Shown here: one piece after another, positions 37,804-43,489 of the stretch | Numbering within the stretch: the stretch's first letter is position 1 | Layout of the letters: each line of letters opens with the position of its first letter | From: Anthoceros angustus | Taxonomy: Eukaryota; Plantae; Anthocerotophyta | DNA length: 43,489 nucleotides | NCBI GenBank assembly: GCA_010909165.1 | Contig: VJWM01000353.1 | Span: forward strand, 1 to 43,489 | Direction of reading: 5' to 3' | The notes under the pieces: generated by a model | What the model was told of the DNA's origin: nothing | Databases searched by the model: none | What the model saw: only the letters and a program-made list of their open reading frames with translations | Translations under genes and position numbers: made by a program

Positions 37804-37816
37804 TACTCCCCTCCTC
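37804..37816 (-). promoter_or_regulatory. Polypurine tract (F1)
   Basis: Minus strand GAGGAGGGGAGTA-TGT, preceded by a short pol-tail remnant (atgaatgggtggaa...cttcactcgagg, compare 9588-9623). Confidence 0.75.
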
Positions 37817-37894
37817 TAGTAGAGGAACCTCGAGTGAAGGTCTAATTCCACCCATTCATAGTTGGTGATCCCCATCCGGTGGAGTTGCGGTCAT

Positions 37895-38030
37895 TCTCCT
37901 ACCATGGTAGGATCTCTCCTACCATGGTAGGCTTGGTCATGGTAGGCTTGGTCATGGTAGGATCTCTCCTACCACGGTAGGAGTTTCTCCTACCATGGTA
38001 GGCTTGGTCATGGTAGGAGTTTCTCCTCAA
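37895..38030. repeat. Dense array of CCTACCATGGTAGG and CATGGTAGGCTTGGT units
   Basis: Seven CA(T/C)GGTAGG cores within about 130 bp. Confidence 0.85.
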
Positions 38031-39499
38031 AGCGAAGGGGGCTTAAACATCTTCCCTCTGGGAGGGCACTCCCAGATTCCCCTCTGGCGGCCACACACTT
38101 GTCACTTTGTCGTTTAAATGCGTTGGGTTTCGTCCCATGAGACTTGGAGCGAGTGAATCTTGAAATCCGTCACTACACTGCACTACACACTACCTCGCCT
38201 TCTAAACAAGCAAGGCGCCCTCTCACGCTCCCTCTACCGCGCCCGTCTTTTCGTAAATAAACCTCAACCTACAGCGACACACACAATTGCAGTTCGTCTT
38301 AATGAGTCTATCACGGGCCCGGACCCCCACCCACACCGCAACCGTCCCTACTCCTAAGACACTCTTCTCCACAGGGCCCTCTTACTTGATTTGGGATTCG
38401 TCCCTTAGGCTCTGCACCGTGGCCTTAGTTTTCCTACTCTAATCCTCCTCACAACTCTCTCAATCAACAACGCCCTCTTCTTCTCTACTCATCTACCCTT
38501 CCTTCCTCCACAATCTCCTACTCTAACACCAATTGCTGGCTCATTAATTCCAACTCCCTTACGGCTGGCACAGGGTCGTCCAGGAATTGAGTTCTTCCTT
38601 GGGCGGTTGCTATGTGGTTTGCAGACAGCGAGAACCTCCAGGGTCTTTCCTGCAGTCTACCCTCAAGCCGAGAGTTCCTTGAGCATCGCCACACTCAAAG
38701 CAAAACAATTCACGACCATTCACAAGGGGAGCGGGGGCGCACGAGCAAGCCCTCCACCCGGCACTCCGGCCGTTCTCCCTCTCTACGGACCTGCGTTGGC
38801 TTGCGGGACGAAATTCAGCACACAAAGTGAAGGACTCGGGAGGATGGGAGGCGCAAGACACGATAATTTTACTTCACAAGCTCCCTCCTTTTATAGGGAG
38901 GTCCTCATACAGCCTCCCACAGCGCGCCCTCCACAGCCTTGCCTTACTCCTTATTTTAGTGTATCCTGTTGTGACTTTAAGTTCGACATCCAAGCATCTT
39001 GGGTAAAATTCTATTCTAGCAAAAATTCACCTATGTGAGCCTTAATGGCTCTGTCAACATTCCTATCTAGCTAGTCAACACACCCTCTTGGTGACAAGCA
39101 TTAATGCTCCTCCTCTAAAGAAAAGTCTTCCCAAGTGGCATCTTGCCCCATGTCTTCAAGCTAATTTAAGGACTTCTTATGAATCCCTTCCTTATCTTGA
39201 TGCCTATCTTGAGTTCCTTCCTCCAATAAAATAGCCGGGCTCTCTTAGCCAGGCTCATCCTCGCTTCTCCTCTTCCTCTCACTTGTGGAGCAAGTGAGCT
39301 CCTTCTGCACCCATGTTAGGAGGTTGGTCTTCTCCTTGTGATTCTTGCTCCATTCTGCAAGATCAACCCCTCTTCCTTCTTTCTGCAAGGGCCAAGGTAC
39401 TCGCCTCCCTTGTCAAATCCATGCTAGCGACCTTTGAATCCATGCTTCTTCCTCCTACCATGGTAGGACCTTCTCCTACCACGGTAGGAGTCCCTCCCC

Positions 39500-42460
39500 A
39501 GTAGGAACTCCTCCTACCAGTAGGAGTTCCTACAGTCGTTTCTTCTTCCTTACCCCTTCACAGGGTGATTCTCTCCACTGCAGCTTCTCCCGCTTCACTT
39601 GCTTCTCCACAGTGCGGTTTCTTCACCCTGTTGCTTGGGACACTCTCCAAGTCTAAGGCTTCCGGTTGGACTTGCATGAGGGCCTCCCTATCATCGTCAT
39701 GAGGTCCCAACATCCTCCTCTCGAAGTCGCAACAACTCGTTAGTGGCCTTGAGCACCTTGTTGTGAAGATGGGCTGCAAATCGTTGTTGTGCCATCTCCA
39801 ATTCTTGTAATCCTCAAGCCATACTCCATGCTCACACTTGCTTTTGTAAGCATCTCGCTCAAGGCCAGCTCACGGTCTTGACATGGAGAGCCACATTCTC
39901 CGTCCTCTCATTGCGGTTGGCGGATCAATCTCTCTTGTAGGGCATAATCGGCCCAATCTACGCTCCCTCACCGCCAACATATGCCACCGCCTCATGGCCT
40001 TTCTCCTTTGCCATTTCTTCCTCCAACTCCCCTATCCTCCTAGGGAGTTGTGCATTCTCCGTTCTTTGGACTTCTCGTTCCATTTCCAATCTTTGGACAA
40101 AATGTGTCCGTTCTTCCAGCTCTTCTTCCTTCAATTCCAGCCTCGTGGATTTCTCCCAGCTCCTTTTCCATGTCACTAATCTTCACACTGTGTGGCTATG
40201 ACCCGCTCATGTCGCCTACTTGCCTTTGTCTTGTCCTCATTTCCTGATTGCTCTCGTCTTGACCTTTCCTCCATTAGCAGCACTTGCTTGTCTTACCTTC
40301 TTTTCCCATGCGCACCATGTGAGCAAGTTGCTCCACCTTCTCCTCTCGAGCTGCCAATTGCTTGGTAAGAGCCTTGTTCTCCGAATATGATGGTTTGTCC
40401 TGCCTTGTTTCAAGACTCTTTTCCAAGTGCTCCACTTGAGCTTCCATCCTCATAACATCCTCCATGGGTTTCGCTCGCCGCAATTTCCCTTGCTTGGTAG
40501 GTCCTTGTCTTCTCCCTCCGTCTTCAAAATTCAACTCTCCTCTTGGCGGCTCCTACATCTACCTTCTTGAACATCTCCCCTGCGCATCTCCTCCAACATG
40601 TCTAAGTCTCCTTTCTTACCTCCGGAGACTCAAGGCCTTTGCCTTGCTCATGGGATCTTACATCCCTTGCTTCCCTATGATGAGCTCCCGCTCATCACTT
40701 GGTGCAACTCCTCCCACCGTGACTCCATCGCTCGCCCACCTAGCAGGGGGGTTGCCTTCTTATCTCCTCTTGGGAGCTTCCAAACCGTGACTTCCTTTCC
40801 CTCCTACCGTGGTAGGAGGTGCTCAGTGGGACTACTTCCTACCGTGGTAGGGATTCTGCCGTAGGCCTTGTCATGAGGAGGACGAAGGGGTCCCAAACCC
40901 GTGGGAACACCTCCCACCCTCGCGGGATTCACCGCCATGGTAGGATCTATCCTACCTTCCATCTCGCATCCTCGGTCCAAACTTCAAATCCCCTACAACT
41001 TCTCCTTGCAAGTCCTCCACGCATCCTCGGCCTATCTTTGGAGGATTCCTTCCGGCAATAATGTCCGGTGGTCTGCACCTCCTTTAAAGCACCAAGCACT
41101 CCTTGTCCCTCTCACAGGTGTAAGTACACAATGTTAAAGGGATGCTTGGAATCATCCAACTCCTTACTTGTGAGTAGCCCTCTACTTCCCACAAATGCAC
41201 TAGATAAGTGCTAAGATAGCATGACCTGTCTTCATCCGCGTTGGGTTTGACTTTTCCGGTGGTAGGTGTATGCTTCATACATGATGAGCCCCAATCCGCC
41301 GCTCCTTGAGTGATCTTCCATAGAAAATGGAGGAAGGTAGTCTTTGAAATATGACACCCTTGGATTGCTCACCAAGCCCAAAACAATTCTTGTGAACAAT
41401 CTCCACTTGGGCTCCAAGATTTGGTCGTCGCCAACCGTTCTTGGACTTAGCCTTCATGCCCCTTGCATAAGTGTAAGGGCTCCCTTGGGAAGATCCGCCG
41501 TTGATGCGCTTGCCTCACTCGTTCCTTCCATCAAGCGTGATTCCGCTATCCTCGCTATCCGCCATATACTGCGTATGCTCCTTACGTCCAACACGTGGAT
41601 CCGTCCGTGCGTTTTCCTGGGTAAATTCCTCTTCCGTGCTGCAAATTAGCAAAACACTCCTCTATCAATTCAAGGTTGGTGTAAGACCAATGTCGCCCAT
41701 ACACCCACTCTGAATATTCTCCTCTGCTGCCCAAGGTCGAAAGTCTCGAAGGTCTCTAGAGGATAGCTGGCACACATGGCAAATAAAAGGGCATGTCAAA
41801 TTTCCACCCTCAGGATCCTCACCTTAGACCTCTTGCAGCTCCTGCGCCACCTCCCTTGGTGGACGCTCCTTCCTTAGCTACTACCTCCTTGCCCTTGGTC
41901 ATGGTAGGCTTGGTCATGGCCTCCTTGGTTAGTACTTGCGAAATTGAAGAAAAGTGATGCCTCTGCAATTCCTGCGCACACCGACTTCTTATCCTTGCAA
42001 GCGTTTCTCCTCCTCGGTGATTTGCTCACAGCTCAAAGGTCCTTGCCCTTGCTCTCCTCCTCAGCCCTTACACCTTGGCGTCTCAAAACCCCGATTTCTC
42101 CTGAGAAAGCTCACCAAAATTCCCCGGACTCTTACACTTGCCACAGCAATTTAGGAGCCCTTCACGGTTTCCTAGCAATCTTGCCACGCTCCACCCTCCT
42201 AGGCACCCTCACGAGCTTGGCAAGTGTTGGGTTCGCCCAACCTTCTTCTCCCTTCTCTTCTTCTCTTTTCCTCCTTCTTCCTCTCTTGGGCGCTGGTGGA
42301 TTTCGCCTCCTTCTTGAGCTTGCGCCCTCCTTCTCCTCCTCAACACACAGGCGTGCGGCGTTGCTGTATGGGGCCTTGGGCAGCTTGAGGTGTGGCGGGC
42401 GCCTTCTGTGTGGGCCGTCTCTTGAGTTTAGTTGTGGCCTCCTGCGGGCACACTGCACTT
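39500..42460 (-). pseudogene. LTR-embedded accessory ORF of F1, copy 2
   Basis: Pieces LELKEEELEERTHFVQRLEMEREVQRTEN, MEAQVEHLEKSLETRQ...ALTKQLAAREEKVEQL, CYLSTYLVHLWEVEGY and GLIMYEAY. Confidence 0.6.
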
Positions 42461-42540
42461 TTATAAGTCACCCAAGGGTTAGAAAAGTAACTACCATTCT
42501 ATCCTGCCCTTGGTCATGGTAGGCGTTTTCCCTTCTCTAT

Positions 42541-42594
42541 TTTCTAATTTCTAATTTCTAATTTCTAATTTCTAATTTCTAATTTCTAATTTCT
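42541..42594. repeat. (TTTCTAA)7 heptamer microsatellite
   Basis: Read directly from the sequence. Confidence 0.9.
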
Positions 42595-42744
42595 TAATTA
42601 GCCTCTAATTTCTTGGCCTATTTATCTAGTCCACTAAAAGACTCTATATAGCAAGCCTATCCTGCCTAAAACATAAGCTACTTTCCTTAGAAACCTATCT
42701 CCTACCATGGTAGGACACCTCCTACCATGGTAGGCGTTTTCCCT

Positions 42745-43489
42745 TTACGCCCGGTCGCGGAACGTGCCGTCAGGCTGACGTAACATCAGCCGATGCGGGC
42801 CGTTCCAGTTGCCCCACGCCACGTCCAACCGGCCGTCGGCGTCGGCGTCGAACACCGCCACCCCGCGCGTGCGTGCTCGTCCGTGTCGTGCAGCCGTAGT
42901 TCCGCCGCGATCTCCAGGAACGTGCCCCAACCCGGTGTTGCGGAACAGGAAGTTCGCCCGCCTCGTTCGCGCAAAGTATGTCCGGATGGTCGGACGCCAG
43001 CGGGCCGACCAAAGCCCTCGACCTCCTGTACTTAAGTTCAAACCGATCGAGGGGCGAGGTCGAACAGCCGCTCGCCCGCGCCGAGTTCGTACAGGCGGTT
43101 CGGCCGTAGTTCGCCTAGAACCCGTACCGTCCAGTGCCGCGGCGATCGATGACGGCCACACTGCGGCCGGACGATGGGTTGCGGACGGCGTGGTTGTCCG
43201 GGTGGGCGAACAGGTCAGACCATGTGCCGGTGTGCGGGTCGTGGTCGAACAGTCGATCGACCTGGCCTTTCGTTCCGGCGAACGTGTCGGCGTTCAGCAC
43301 ATACAGCTCTTCCCGCCCGTCCCGTCGGTCGCCTGCGGCCAGCCCGATTGCCTTGCGGTCGGCGTCGGCCAGCGTCTTCGGGGCCACGTCCACAGTTGCG
43401 AACCGTCCCATCGCAGCACCCGGTTCGGGCACCCGTACCCGGCGACGACGAACTCGGGCCGCCCGTCGGCGTCGATATCCGTCACCGCC
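42745..43489 (-). CDS. Fragment of a bacterial-type CRTAC1-family (FG-GAP repeat, ASPIC/UnbV-type) protein; frameshifted, cut at the junction and running off the window
   Basis: Joined frames give AVTDIDADGRPEFVVAGY.PNRVL, AIGLAAGD..DGREELYVLN.DTFAG, GRSVAVIDRRGTGRY, TGGRG, GVAVFDADADGRLDVAWGNWNGPHRL, all recognisable CRTAC1 motifs. High GC and no introns. Confidence 0.85.

Larger units (their letters stand above)
38050..42744 (-). mobile_element. F1 LTR copy, about 4.7 kb, truncated near its U3 start by the bacterial-type segment
   Basis: 38060-40170 matches 2420-4600 and 39985-42744 matches 34400-37420. TATAAAA at 38889-38895 (minus). Confidence 0.72.

Noticed and set aside
37375-38030. 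Palindromic repeats as a CRISPR array
   Set aside because: Units are 14-18 bp, irregularly spaced, without unique spacers, embedded in eukaryotic LTR sequence, and no cas genes are present.
42-42522. Most short ORFs in the supplied track, especially S/P/L-rich ones
   Set aside because: They are antisense or off-frame readings of purine-rich retrotransposon coding strands, with no independent motif support.
42541-42594. Telomeric repeat
   Set aside because: TTTCTAA/TTAGAAA lacks the G-run of TTTAGGG and can be derived from local AT-rich LTR sequence.

Overview
Positions 1 to ~42,744 are eukaryotic, plant-type repetitive DNA. They form a nest of at least three related families (here F1, F2, F3) of non-chromoviral Ty3/Gypsy LTR retrotransposons. 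Domain order is Gag-PR-RT-RH-INT, and the tRNA-Asp primer-binding site (PBS) TGGCGCCGTTGCCGGGGA is of the Athila type. One F2 element is nearly complete on the minus strand (~18,051-34,397). An F3 gag-pol plus 3' LTR lies on the plus strand (~4,955-13,880), and F1 occurs as several LTR copies and deleted internal regions. The most striking feature is LTR size: placing boundaries from the polypurine tract (PPT)+TG, CA+PBS and the point where direct-repeat homology ends gives LTRs of about 3-5 kb. Their U3 carries an AT-rich promoter-like block, a 2-3 kb sense-strand ORF (basic N-terminus, conserved DW...ST[YF]LxHL domain in F1/F3, long coiled coil) and clusters of a palindromic CTACC-NN-GGTAG motif. 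The last ~745 bp switch abruptly to a high-GC, intronless, bacterial-type CRTAC1/FG-GAP gene fragment. Nearly every reading frame, including the bacterial gene, is broken by small indels, and there are several 0.5-0.8 kb imperfect tandem duplications. The sequence is therefore probably noisy or mosaic long-read data; coordinates are approximate and structural claims need read-level confirmation. All alignments were done by eye.
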